From assembly GCA_030674455.1 (NCBI GenBank), contig JAUSGQ010000007.1:83947-147946 (forward strand): a stretch of DNA of 64,000 nucleotides, read 5' to 3'. The first letter of the stretch is position 1. Every line of letters begins with the position of its first letter. Under the pieces are notes generated by a model. It was not told where the DNA came from. It worked only from the letters and a program-made list of their open reading frames with translations, and made no database searches. Below, one piece after another: positions 43,531-52,872 of this stretch. The DNA is from a bacterium (lineage in GTDB: Bacteria > Patescibacteriota > Minisyncoccia > Phycocordibacterales > UBA2100). Position numbers and translations under genes: made by a program.

Positions 43531-44276
43531 AGGTTAGTCAGACTAACCTTTATTCAAACTCCGCTTGCAACCATTTTCCCCCTTCAATTACGTCTCTAGC
43601 GAAATTCTTGAAAGATCTCGGTGTCGTAAATATCTCTCCTAGCAAATCTTTCTCGATAATCGGCAGCTGTGAAGAGTTTGCATAATGACTAAGACTTGAG
43701 TATTTGTACTCAATCCCCCATTCCCATGCATCTTCAAAATGCTCGGTAGCGCCGCGCAGACCACCCTTCGGATATAACTCAAACACATTTTTCACCATGA
43801 TGTATGCCGATACATACCGTAAATAATTATCGTTCTCTATGGTGCGTCCTCGGTACGAACCCTGAAAGATGCTTCCTTGCTGGTCGTATTTCTCGTTGTG
43901 ATAGTTCGTCATGCTCTGACACAGCTTTTGCATGAAGGCAGAAATCCCGCCTTCACGTATCTCTTTTAGGAGAAGATGAAAGTGATTCGGCATGAGCGTG
44001 TACGCGAGAATTCGCACAAGTGGTTCTCTGTCGGGCCACGTCGCAGGCCTAAAGAATCGCCCATCAAGGTCTGCGCTATACCAGTTCTCATCGAAAAATT
44101 CGTCGTTCATATAATACAGCAGGCGCAAAAAACGCCACTGCTCCGATTCGTCTTCAGTGATGGGCAATCCTCGCGCACCTCGCTTTACCACATGCACATA
44201 CGAGTCAACCCCGAAAGGCTCTACACGCATACCTCATTCTACCCTATAGGTTAGTCTGACTAACCTTTATTCAAAC
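43531..44276 (-). mobile_element. IS200/IS605-family (tnpA-only) element bounded by direct copies of the hairpin repeat GGTTAGTCWGACTAACC-TTTATTCAAAC
   Basis: The 28-bp repeat is present at ~43531-43558 and ~44249-44276, flanking the transposase ORF. The core GGTTAGTC/GACTAACC is an imperfect palindrome. Confidence 0.55.
43550..44230 (-). CDS. IS200-like / REP-associated Y1 (HUH) tyrosine transposase
   Basis: It has the HUH motif LMPNHFHLLLKE and a conserved Tyr region (YLRYVSAYIMVKN). It is 226 aa, the same size as, and related to, the transposase at 18532-19212. Confidence 0.75.
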   Translation of the reverse strand: MRVEPFGVDSYVHVVKRGARGLPITEDESEQWRFLRLLYYMNDEFFDENWYSADLDGRFFRPATWPDREPLVRILAYTLMPNHFHLLLKEIREGGISAFMQKLCQSMTNYHNEKYDQQGSIFQGSYRGRTIENDNYLRYVSAYIMVKNVFELYPKGGLRGATEHFEDAWEWGIEYKYSSLSHYANSSQLPIIEKDLLGEIFTTPRSFKNFARDVIEGGKWLQAEFE

Positions 44277-44318
44277 GAAGTTGTGGATAAAAGAGTCATA
44301 CTGCAAGCCAATGCGTCC

Positions 44319-44335
44319 GGTTAGTCAGACTAACC
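44319..44335. repeat. solo copy of REP-like hairpin GGTTAGTCAGACTAACC
   Basis: Seen directly, 43 nt from the IS end. An identical 19-mer also occurs at 59900-59918. Confidence 0.7.
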
Positions 44336-44344
44336 CCTGGAAGA

Positions 44345-45109
44345 TTAGGCAAGATTGCGCAAGAGCTTGTCCACACTTGCGCGCGTGCTGAAGTAATATT
44401 TTGCCGCGCTTTTTGATGATCTGCCAACCCGGATAGTAATGCCGTCGGTAAGGGCGCGAAAGGCGTCTTCATCGGTGGCGTCGTCGCCGATATATATCGG
44501 CACGGCTTTCGCGAGTGAGCACCTGCTCGCGAGACGGACCGCATCGCCTTTCGTGCGGCTCTCGAGCGAACGTATGTTGAAAATGTATTCGCTCCCTTCG
44601 CTAATATCAAGAAAATTTGTAAATTGTTTTGAGATACTCCTCATCTCCCTGCTAAATCGCGCAACACGCCTGCGCGCGAGTGCGCGAAAATGCACGCTAA
44701 AAGTCAACTTTTTGTCCTCCACAACGACTCCTCGGTAACATCGCGAAAGTTCAGTGAACGCTCTTCGCGCTTCGCTAAGCTTCGCGCACGCCGCGCGCGT
44801 AAGCTTCTCGCGGCCTCGCATCTTTCCCATCCGCCATTCTGCGCCGTGATTGCCGGCGTACCATACGCCTGCCTGATTGACACGAGCGCGCACATCCGCA
44901 AGAGCTCGGCCGGAAATTACGGCAACGCGGCCGCCCGCAGCGCATTTGGCGAGGCAGGCGCGCGTGCGCCTCGACACGCGCGCCATGCGAGGACGAGCAA
45001 CGATAGGCGCAAGAACCCCGTCAAAATCAAGAATGAGCAAGAAACCGTTTTCTTTGACGCGCCTAAGTATACTGCCCATGTGTTTGTCGGCGTTTCTCAT
45101 CCTATTCAA
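44345..45109 (-). CDS. otsB: trehalose-6-phosphate phosphatase (HAD-IIB)
   Basis: HAD motif I is LILDFDGVLAP and motif IV is IGDDATDEDAF. It lies immediately downstream of, and overlapping, otsA. The region is GC-rich. Confidence 0.75.
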   Translation of the reverse strand: MNRMRNADKHMGSILRRVKENGFLLILDFDGVLAPIVARPRMARVSRRTRACLAKCAAGGRVAVISGRALADVRARVNQAGVWYAGNHGAEWRMGKMRGREKLTRAACAKLSEARRAFTELSRCYRGVVVEDKKLTFSVHFRALARRRVARFSREMRSISKQFTNFLDISEGSEYIFNIRSLESRTKGDAVRLASRCSLAKAVPIYIGDDATDEDAFRALTDGITIRVGRSSKSAAKYYFSTRASVDKLLRNLA

Positions 45110-47306
45110 GCTGCGAAAGTGCTTTAATAAGTTCTGCCGACCAGCGGTAAATATTGTATTCGCGGACTGAAGCGCGCATCGTTTTCATGCGGCGGTGCTG
45201 TTCCGTCTTCGGCATCGAGAGCGCCGTGTGAAGCGCGGCGGAAGTTTCTTCCGCGCTATATGGATTGACCACAAGCGCGCCTTTGAGGTCTCGAGACGCC
45301 CCCGCAAACTGGCTAATGACCAGTACTCCTGATTCATCGCGCCTTGCGGCCGCAAATTCTTTGGCGACGAGGTTCATGCCGTCATGCAGAGAGGTGACAA
45401 GGCATACGTCGGCGAGCTGATAGAGGTTGCGAAGCTCCGCGTGGCTATAACTGCGTCGTTCAAGGATAATCGGCTTCCAGTCCTTGGTACCGAATTTCTC
45501 GTTTATCCTCTCGGATTCGGCAACGACCCTTTGGGCGTACTCGCGGAACATACCGACCGATTCGCGCGTGGGAGACCCTATTTGCAGAAGCGTGGTCGTG
45601 CCTCGGTATTCTGCATGGCCGTCCAGAAGAAATTCAAACCCTTTGAAGCGCTCCGGTATGCCTTTGATGTAGTCTAGCCGGTCGACTCCGAGTATAAGGT
45701 TGCCGCGTATCTTTAGTTTAACCAATATGTTTCTATCGGGCGTCTCGCTCGGCTCGGCATTGCCAGGATATGCGATGGATATCGGGAACGGCTTCACGAA
45801 AGTGCGGTGGGCTTCGCGAAAAATAGAGAAGTGCTCGTAGTCTATGCGCGATTCGACTTCGCTCGCGACCGTGTCCATGAAATTGTTGCAGTTTTGCTGA
45901 GTATGAAATCCCATTAGGTCCGCGCCGAGCATTCCCTCAAGTATCTCCTTTCGCCACGGGCAGATGTTGAATTGAGTGGCCGACGGCCAGGGAATATGCC
46001 AGAACATCGCTACCTGCGCGTCGGGACGGCTCTTTTTGATGAGCGCAGGCACGAGAGCCAGATGATAGTCTTGCACGAGTACTATAGGGTGCTCAACATG
46101 GCGTATTTCCTCAAGAAGCGTCTTCGCGAAGAGGCCGTTCACTTTGCGATACGCAAGCCAGTCCTCTTTCCGAAATTGCGGCCGCACATGAGCCATGTGG
46201 CATAGCGGCCAGAGCGCCTCGTTAGAGAAACCGTTGTAGTATCCCTTGGCGTCTTTGGGAGAGACCCAAACGCGCTTCAGCGTATATTTCGGCTCTTCTG
46301 GCGGGACACTAAGCTTCCCATCCGCACCAGCGGTTTCTCTGTCGGCAGCGCCGCTGCCATGGGCAATCCACATGCCTCCGCACGCCTCCATTACCGGTTC
46401 CATCGCTGTGATGACTCCGCCTGCTGGCGTTGTCCACTTGACCTCGCCCCTCACCTTGGTGTTCACATACGGTTCTCCATTGGAAAGAATGAATATCGGC
46501 CTGTCTTTGAGATGCGCTTTTATAAATTCCTTGAGGCGCTCGGCTGTCCATGGCGAATCCAGTTTTTCCAGACGCATCCGTGCTTCTTCGCTCGCCACTC
46601 GCCGCGCTTGGCGCAGACTCGTTGTAACTTTGGAAATTTCACCTGCGAGCGGTTCAAAGAAACTTGAACTCGGTGCCGTGTCGACTTCGGAATCGCCTTT
46701 GCGCACCGCCTTGAGCGACTCGACCATCTTGGAGATAGCTTGGGAAAAAACCCATCGCACCAGGACAAAGATAGCGGCTGAAAAAATCAGTAGAAGGAAT
46801 AGCAGACGAATAATGTTGTCTTTCCAAATGAGGCGAATGTTTTCGTCGATGTATGTAGCGTTCTGCGCGACAGCGAGAGCTCCAACGACTCGCTCGTCTT
46901 CGTGGAGCGGTATCACATGTACATAGTAGGTACCGTCGTTGCGGCGAATGAACTCTCCTCCGGCTTCGTCGCTATCCATCGCCGTTGCTACAAGTTTGCC
47001 ATCTTTCGTAATCGGCATGTCTAAAGACCCCGCGACTAGGACTCCCGAACTGTTAAAAACGCTAATGCCCGCAAGTCGTTCGCTGCTGACAAACCTATCG
47101 ATTATCCTTTGCACAGTGCTCGTCGCACGCGTGTTGTATGACGGCTCAATGCTTTCCGCAAGACTGTCCGCCAATACCTGGCTTCGGGATTGCATGCGCG
47201 AGGTAAGCTCAAGCTTTGCCTGATTGGCTTGGCTCATCGCGAAATACCCCGCAATGAGAATTACAACCAGAACGGCGCTACCCGCGATCTGTAGGACCTG
47301 CTTCAT
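45102..47306 (-). CDS. otsA: alpha,alpha-trehalose-phosphate synthase (GT20) fused to an N-terminal two-TM sensor domain plus HAMP-like linker
   Basis: The GT20 core spans ~250-734 ([44 protein letters not shown]...). The N-terminus has TM1 ([13 protein letters not shown]), an ~150-aa extracytoplasmic segment, TM2 ([23 protein letters not shown]) and a HAMP-like helix pair ([12 protein letters not shown]...[14 protein letters not shown]). Confidence 0.8.
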   Translation of the reverse strand: MKQVLQIAGSAVLVVILIAGYFAMSQANQAKLELTSRMQSRSQVLADSLAESIEPSYNTRATSTVQRIIDRFVSSERLAGISVFNSSGVLVAGSLDMPITKDGKLVATAMDSDEAGGEFIRRNDGTYYVHVIPLHEDERVVGALAVAQNATYIDENIRLIWKDNIIRLLFLLLIFSAAIFVLVRWVFSQAISKMVESLKAVRKGDSEVDTAPSSSFFEPLAGEISKVTTSLRQARRVASEEARMRLEKLDSPWTAERLKEFIKAHLKDRPIFILSNGEPYVNTKVRGEVKWTTPAGGVITAMEPVMEACGGMWIAHGSGAADRETAGADGKLSVPPEEPKYTLKRVWVSPKDAKGYYNGFSNEALWPLCHMAHVRPQFRKEDWLAYRKVNGLFAKTLLEEIRHVEHPIVLVQDYHLALVPALIKKSRPDAQVAMFWHIPWPSATQFNICPWRKEILEGMLGADLMGFHTQQNCNNFMDTVASEVESRIDYEHFSIFREAHRTFVKPFPISIAYPGNAEPSETPDRNILVKLKIRGNLILGVDRLDYIKGIPERFKGFEFLLDGHAEYRGTTTLLQIGSPTRESVGMFREYAQRVVAESERINEKFGTKDWKPIILERRSYSHAELRNLYQLADVCLVTSLHDGMNLVAKEFAAARRDESGVLVISQFAGASRDLKGALVVNPYSAEETSAALHTALSMPKTEQHRRMKTMRASVREYNIYRWSAELIKALSQLE

Positions 47307-47368
47307 TCGTAAATAATACCCGTTGTATTGATTAAATCCAGAGTGTTAAGAACCAGCCAATGAGCCGG

Positions 47369-50002
47369 CTAGCTTGCAAATCCTCGCGGCGCCAGTTGCC
47401 GTTTACGGCGAAAGAACCATTTTCCTAATTCTATCAAAGCTATGTTCAATACGCCCACCCCGACAACACCCAATAGCCAAGTGCCCGGCAAAGCTACCGT
47501 ATCAAACAATATCTGCAGGAACGGAACATACACGGCGGCTCCCATAAGAACAAAACCGATGAGCACTCCTACGATGAGAAAATGATTAGAGAAAAACGGG
47601 TATCTGAAAATGCTATTGTCCAAGCTCCTTACGGAAAATGCCAAGAATAGTGAGTAGCTTCCAAAACTTGCGAAAATGAATGTCCGCACCACATCTGCAG
47701 GAAAGCCGATCTCAAGCAACAGCCAATACAAACCGAACAGGAATGCGCTCGTTGAGAGTCCAATAAATATAATCAGAAATTTCATCAGCGGGTTAAAGAG
47801 TTCTACCGCATGGTCTCGCCGGCGAACAACAAGACCGCCCCCATCTCTCTCGAATGCGAACGCAATCGCAGGGAAACTGTCTGAAAAGAAATTTACCCAA
47901 AGAATTTGCAGCGCGTTCATAGGCAGGGCAATGCCGGTTACTATCGAACCGCCGATGAGGATCAGCGCGTCGGCCACGCTCGACAAAAGGTATACAAGCA
48001 CCTTGCGTATATTGTTCATTATCTGCCTCCCCTCTTCGACGGCGGCCGCAATCGTTTCAAAATTGTCATCCAATAATACGAGGTCTGCAACATCGCGTGT
48101 TACTGCGGTGCCTGAACCCATGGCTATACCGATATCAGCCCGCTTTATGCTTGGGGCGTCATTTACCCCGTCGCCTGTCATGGCAACTACCTCGCCAGCC
48201 TCTTGGAAAGCCTTAACAATCCTCAATTTATCCAAAGGAGAAACGCGCGAGATTACACTGAGAGCGGGCAATCTCTTTTGCAAATCCTCATCCGACAACA
48301 GGCGCAATTCCGCGGCGTCGAGTACTCCGCCTTCGCCGACGCGGAGCCCTACTTCGCGCGCGATAGCGAGAGCTGTACCGCGATGGTCGCCGCTCATTAC
48401 GACTACCCGTATACCGGCTGATTCAACATCGCGGATTGCCTGCTTTACCGTTACGCGAATGGGGTCGCGCAATGTTATCAAGCCCTCAAAGGATAGGTCT
48501 TCCAGCTCTAAATCTTTTGAAAAATCAAAGTCTTTTGATTCAGCTACGATTTTTGTCGCAACACCGATGACGCGCTCTCCTGATTCCGCCAATGTATCGA
48601 CAGTCGCAAGCACTCTCTCGCGCTCTCCGGCGACGAGTGTTGAGCGATTAATGAATATGTCAGGCGCGCCGACGAACACCAGAATATTCTTGCCGTTCTG
48701 GTGAACGAGCGAAACCGAAAATTTATTCACCGCATTGAACGGAAGAGTACCTATCACAATGGTCTTGTTTTTTACATCGGACGCCAGTATTCCGCGAAGT
48801 GCGGCTGATTGAACCAGCGTAGTCTCCAGAATCCGGCCGGACATTTTCCATTTATTCGGCGGATCTTCCTGATTTTCTATTACAACGCTCGTGTTGATGA
48901 GCGCCATCTCAAGAAGCGCTTCTTCGCTCGTGCCCCCAGCTGGCAATAGTTTGCTTAATTTCATTTTCGCCATTGTCAGAGTTCCGGTTTTATCAGTTAG
49001 GATTACCGACGTACTCCCCAAAGCCTCGGCTGCAACAAGCTTTCTCACCACGCCTTTCCGCCGCGCCATGCGCTGAACTCCTGTCGCGAGAATGACGGTC
49101 ATTGCGACGGGCAGTCCTTCGGGAACGGCTGAAACAGCAATGGCCACGGCCATCAGAAACATATCTATGCGAGAATGTCCGAGATAAATGCCGGCGGCAA
49201 AGATAATTACCGTGAGAACCGCCAAGGAAATACCGGCGCGTATGCTGAACCGCCGTATTGCACCCTGCAAGGGAGTCTCTTCTCTCCGCGCCTCGGCTAC
49301 CAACTCCGCAATCTTGCCGATCTCCGTCGAGAAGTCCGTGCGGCAAACAATCGCCGTTGCGACGCCCTGCGTCACCAATGTTCCTGCAAATACCATGGAT
49401 TTCTGGTCTGCTAGACCCACTTCCAGACCTACCGAATCTGTCGATTTCACGACGGGGAGAGATTCACCCGTAAGTACAGCTTCGTCGATCTGCACATCAT
49501 TCGCGTACACGAGACGTCCATCGGCGGGCACTCTATCGCCTTGCGAGATACGTATCACATCTCCAGGCACGAGGTACTCGGCATCAATTTCGTACTCCCT
49601 TCCGTTTCTCTGTACGCGCGCGCGCTGTTTTAAATACGTTTTTAGTTCGGATATAGCTTTATCGGCCTTATACTCCTGATAAAATCCGAGTGCGCTATTC
49701 ACGAGAACGGCCGCAAAAATAAATATTGCATCGCGAAGATGGTCTATAAAAATGGTCACAAAGCCGGCAAACAACAGCATCAAAATCAAAGGACTCTTGA
49801 ACTGGTTTGCAAGTATATAAAAAATCGAAGTGTCTTCTATTCTTTCAATGATATTCCTGCCGAATATCCTCAACCTCTTCGCAGCCTCCTCTTTAGAAAG
49901 TCCGCTTTGAATGTCCGTTTCCAGTAATCCAACCACCTCGGAATCGGATAATGACCAGAAGGGCTTTTTTTGTATTTCAGTCGCGAGCTTCTGATGCATC
50001 AT
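47369..50002 (-). CDS. cation-transporting P-type ATPase (type II, Ca2+/Mg2+-ATPase-like)
   Basis: It has DKTGTLT (phosphorylation site), TGDGVNDAPSIKRADIGIAMG, a TGES-like loop and 10 TM segments. The N-terminus is typical of PacL/SERCA-type pumps. Confidence 0.9.
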   Translation of the reverse strand: MMHQKLATEIQKKPFWSLSDSEVVGLLETDIQSGLSKEEAAKRLRIFGRNIIERIEDTSIFYILANQFKSPLILMLLFAGFVTIFIDHLRDAIFIFAAVLVNSALGFYQEYKADKAISELKTYLKQRARVQRNGREYEIDAEYLVPGDVIRISQGDRVPADGRLVYANDVQIDEAVLTGESLPVVKSTDSVGLEVGLADQKSMVFAGTLVTQGVATAIVCRTDFSTEIGKIAELVAEARREETPLQGAIRRFSIRAGISLAVLTVIIFAAGIYLGHSRIDMFLMAVAIAVSAVPEGLPVAMTVILATGVQRMARRKGVVRKLVAAEALGSTSVILTDKTGTLTMAKMKLSKLLPAGGTSEEALLEMALINTSVVIENQEDPPNKWKMSGRILETTLVQSAALRGILASDVKNKTIVIGTLPFNAVNKFSVSLVHQNGKNILVFVGAPDIFINRSTLVAGERERVLATVDTLAESGERVIGVATKIVAESKDFDFSKDLELEDLSFEGLITLRDPIRVTVKQAIRDVESAGIRVVVMSGDHRGTALAIAREVGLRVGEGGVLDAAELRLLSDEDLQKRLPALSVISRVSPLDKLRIVKAFQEAGEVVAMTGDGVNDAPSIKRADIGIAMGSGTAVTRDVADLVLLDDNFETIAAAVEEGRQIMNNIRKVLVYLLSSVADALILIGGSIVTGIALPMNALQILWVNFFSDSFPAIAFAFERDGGGLVVRRRDHAVELFNPLMKFLIIFIGLSTSAFLFGLYWLLLEIGFPADVVRTFIFASFGSYSLFLAFSVRSLDNSIFRYPFFSNHFLIVGVLIGFVLMGAAVYVPFLQILFDTVALPGTWLLGVVGVGVLNIALIELGKWFFRRKRQLAPRGFAS

Positions 50003-50562
50003 AGTGCTTTCGCGATTGAACCTATCAGTAATATGCCGAGACCGTTGAACATGAAGGAAAGAGGGATGAACCAGTACATCCTCACTTTAGAGAAACCCAG
50101 AAGACTAATGCCCAGCTCATCAGGCAACGGAGAGGCAATAATTAGCCCTGCAATCACAAACGTAAACCACCTGATAAATCTAAGGTGGAGAAACGCGCTT
50201 ACCTTTCTTCCCGCGCGCCAGTGTCCGGCCAATTCCATCAAATGCTTTGAGAATCTGTCGCGTATAAAGCGAAAGATTATCAGGTCGCCAAATACTGCAC
50301 CCATACCTCCAAAAATAGCCGTCAAAAATATCGAGTTGGCATTGGCAATCTCGCCAAGAGCAACGATTGCCGGAGCAGTCGTAAAAACAGACGTGAAGAA
50401 CATACCGGCGATAAAACTACCGAGCAGTTCCCGCTCTTGCGTGGCTGTCAAGATTTCTATTAATATCTCCGTTTTTACCAGAACAACGGCAACAAAAATG
50501 CTTAACGCAATAACACATAAATCGCGCAGCAAGAAATTCCCCCCCACCCTTTTCTTTTTCAT
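49999..50562 (-). CDS. hypothetical membrane protein (187 aa)
   Basis: It is a hydrophobic multi-TM protein. The start overlaps the ATPase stop by 4 nt. Confidence 0.4.
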   Translation of the reverse strand: MKKKRVGGNFLLRDLCVIALSIFVAVVLVKTEILIEILTATQERELLGSFIAGMFFTSVFTTAPAIVALGEIANANSIFLTAIFGGMGAVFGDLIIFRFIRDRFSKHLMELAGHWRAGRKVSAFLHLRFIRWFTFVIAGLIIASPLPDELGISLLGFSKVRMYWFIPLSFMFNGLGILLIGSIAKAL

Positions 50563-50618
50563 GGATGCAATAACCTTAGCAAAGAAGGAGAATTGTTACA
50601 GGCACGGCTGTGTATTGC

Positions 50619-51839
50619 TCATTGGCCGAGAAGCATTTCGACTGCTTTGTCCATCTGCGGGTCTTTCTCCGCTTTCGCGTCTTCTTCCGTCATTTTTACT
50701 TCCACATCCGGAACAATTCCGGTTGTCGGGATTTGTTTTCCATCCGGTGCAAGCCACCTTGCAATCGTCAACTTAAGCGACGTGTCGGCTGTTATATCTA
50801 TAAGCTCCTGCACGGACCCTTTGCCGAATGTTGGTTCACCGACAAGTTTGGCTTTTCCGTAGTGGCGAAGCGCTTCAGAGAGAATCTCTGAAGCCGAGGC
50901 GGAGCCGCGGTTTACGAGAATAACCATCTTTAATTTATCCGTAAAAATATCGTAGCCGCGAGAACGATGCACGATGTTTTGCGCATTGCCGGCATAATCC
51001 TCGGTAACGATCACCTTCCCTATCGGCAGAAACCAGCTGGCCATATCCACCGCAGACTCAAGGTATCCTCCGGGATTCCCGCGCATATCGATAATGAGGC
51101 GCGAATTACCCGACTGAATGAATTTTCGCAAGCTGCTCCTGAAAAGATCGGAGGAATTTGCGGTAAAGCTCATCACCGATATTACGAACACTCCGTTAGA
51201 TAGCGTCTTTGTCTCAATTGCCGGAACGTTTATCACCCCGCGCGTTACTTTAATTTCTTTTGCCGCAGGCCAGCCGTCGCGAAGAATCGTCAAGACAACC
51301 TCGCTTCCCCCAGGTCCGCGGATTTTCTTGACCGCCGCAGATATATCGATTCCCTTCGTGTCGACGCCGTCAATTTTCAGGACTTTATCCCCGCTTTTGA
51401 TACCAGCTTTTTCCGCAGGTGAACCCTTTAGCGGAGACACAACAGTGAGAATTTGGTCGCGCACGGCGATTTCCATGCCCACGCCCTCGAAACTGCCGCT
51501 CATGTCGTCGGTAAAAAGCTTGGTATCGCTCGGCGGAAGAAAGTACGTATAGGGGTCATTAAGAGATGCGGCCAATCCCGCGACCATGCCCCACACTTTG
51601 TCCAGATTTGCTTCCTCAGTGCTTGTCGCGATAGGCGTACTCGTTGCCACCGATGCCGGTACGAACTTCTCGTCTATGATGTTCCACGCTTTCCAAACAG
51701 GTGAAAAATCCACACCTGCGGGCGGCTCCGCAGATAAGACCGCGGAATTTACTGTCGGAAAATCGCGGATACCGATGGCATATCCGGATGCAGCACCGAG
51801 CGCAACAAAAACGACAGCGCCCACAACGGCATGCCGCAT
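50619..51839 (-). CDS. ctpA: carboxyl-terminal processing protease (S41, PDZ-containing)
   Basis: It has a PDZ domain (GSPAEKAGIKSGDKVLKIDGV), S41 catalytic regions (LVNRGSASASEI, Ser; a Lys downstream), and a signal anchor after the internal start MRHAVVGAVVFVALG. The annotated ORF extends to 51953 with a TTG start. Confidence 0.75.
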   Translation of the reverse strand: MRHAVVGAVVFVALGAASGYAIGIRDFPTVNSAVLSAEPPAGVDFSPVWKAWNIIDEKFVPASVATSTPIATSTEEANLDKVWGMVAGLAASLNDPYTYFLPPSDTKLFTDDMSGSFEGVGMEIAVRDQILTVVSPLKGSPAEKAGIKSGDKVLKIDGVDTKGIDISAAVKKIRGPGGSEVVLTILRDGWPAAKEIKVTRGVINVPAIETKTLSNGVFVISVMSFTANSSDLFRSSLRKFIQSGNSRLIIDMRGNPGGYLESAVDMASWFLPIGKVIVTEDYAGNAQNIVHRSRGYDIFTDKLKMVILVNRGSASASEILSEALRHYGKAKLVGEPTFGKGSVQELIDITADTSLKLTIARWLAPDGKQIPTTGIVPDVEVKMTEEDAKAEKDPQMDKAVEMLLGQ

Positions 51840-51952
51840 GCTTATACCATCCTTTCCCTCATCAATCATCGGCGAATTATCGCATATTAGGATTGGAAGC
51901 CAAAGCTGCATTCGGCTGCTGTCGCGGCTTAGAGATACGGTATAATGTCTCA

Positions 51953-52864
51953 ATGCGCACAGACTATAAGCACAACGGTATTATGTGGATAGACCTTGAA
52001 TCGCCGACAAAAGAGGAAGTGAGCGGGATAGTCGACCAATTCGGTGTGTCAACGATGGTAGCGGAGGAGCTGCTCGTTCCTTCTATGAAGCCGCGGACGG
52101 AATTTTATGATTCTTACGTGTACGTAGTCCTGCACTTCCCTTCCCTGCGACGTTCGCACAGACCGATAGAACAGGAAATTGATTTCATTGTCGGGCGCGA
52201 TTTCATAATTACGACCCATTACGACATCGTTGACCCACTTCACAAATTTTCAAAAGTGTTTGAAGTTAATTCTCTGTTGGACAAGAGCAATATGGGCAAC
52301 CATGCGGGGTTTTTCTTTTTTTATATGCTGAAGAAGCTGTATAAAGGCGTCGAATACGAAGTTGAGCGTGTTCGCCATCATTTAAGTACTATTGAGGGAG
52401 ACATATTCACGGGACACGAGGCAGGTATGGTGGAAGTAATATCAAGGGCGGCACGGGACCTCCTGAATCTGCGACAAATTATTGAGCCTCACCGCGAAGT
52501 TTTGCGTACAATTGAAGCAGAAGGGGCGAGGCTTTTCGGTGAAGATTTCATGCCTTATTTACGCGCCTTATCCAATGATTATTACCGCGTCCACAACCAT
52601 GTCATGCGCAATACTGAATCGCTTCACGAACTTCGTGAGACCAATAATTCACTCCTTTCGACGAAAGAGAACGAAACGATGCGCGTACTTACCATCATGG
52701 CGCTTCTCACTTTCCCGCTGTCGCTTCTCGTGGCGATAATGGAAATCGACAGTGTTTACAACCCCATCAAAGGTCAGCCGTACGATTTTTGGATCGTCGT
52801 AGGTATTGTTCTTTTGCTCGGTTCGTCCATGATCGCATACTTCAAGCACAGAAAGTGGTTCTAA
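51953..52864 (+). CDS. CorA-like (MIT family) divalent cation transporter with non-canonical pore motif
   Basis: The N-terminal CorA cytoplasmic domain pattern is present (MWIDLESPTKEEVSGIVDQFGV...FIVGRDFIITTHYD), with two C-terminal TM helices. The canonical YGMNF after TM1 is replaced by IMEIDS. TATAAT lies 6 nt upstream of the ATG. Confidence 0.6.
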   Translation: MRTDYKHNGIMWIDLESPTKEEVSGIVDQFGVSTMVAEELLVPSMKPRTEFYDSYVYVVLHFPSLRRSHRPIEQEIDFIVGRDFIITTHYDIVDPLHKFSKVFEVNSLLDKSNMGNHAGFFFFYMLKKLYKGVEYEVERVRHHLSTIEGDIFTGHEAGMVEVISRAARDLLNLRQIIEPHREVLRTIEAEGARLFGEDFMPYLRALSNDYYRVHNHVMRNTESLHELRETNNSLLSTKENETMRVLTIMALLTFPLSLLVAIMEIDSVYNPIKGQPYDFWIVVGIVLLLGSSMIAYFKHRKWF

Positions 52865-52872
52865 AATCCTTC

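Noticed and set aside
45384-48704. ORFs antisense to otsA and the P-type ATPase (for example 46246-46926 +, 47676-48704 + at 342 aa)
   Set aside because: They are opposite unambiguous GT20 and P-type ATPase genes in a GC-rich block where long antisense ORFs are expected. No motifs.
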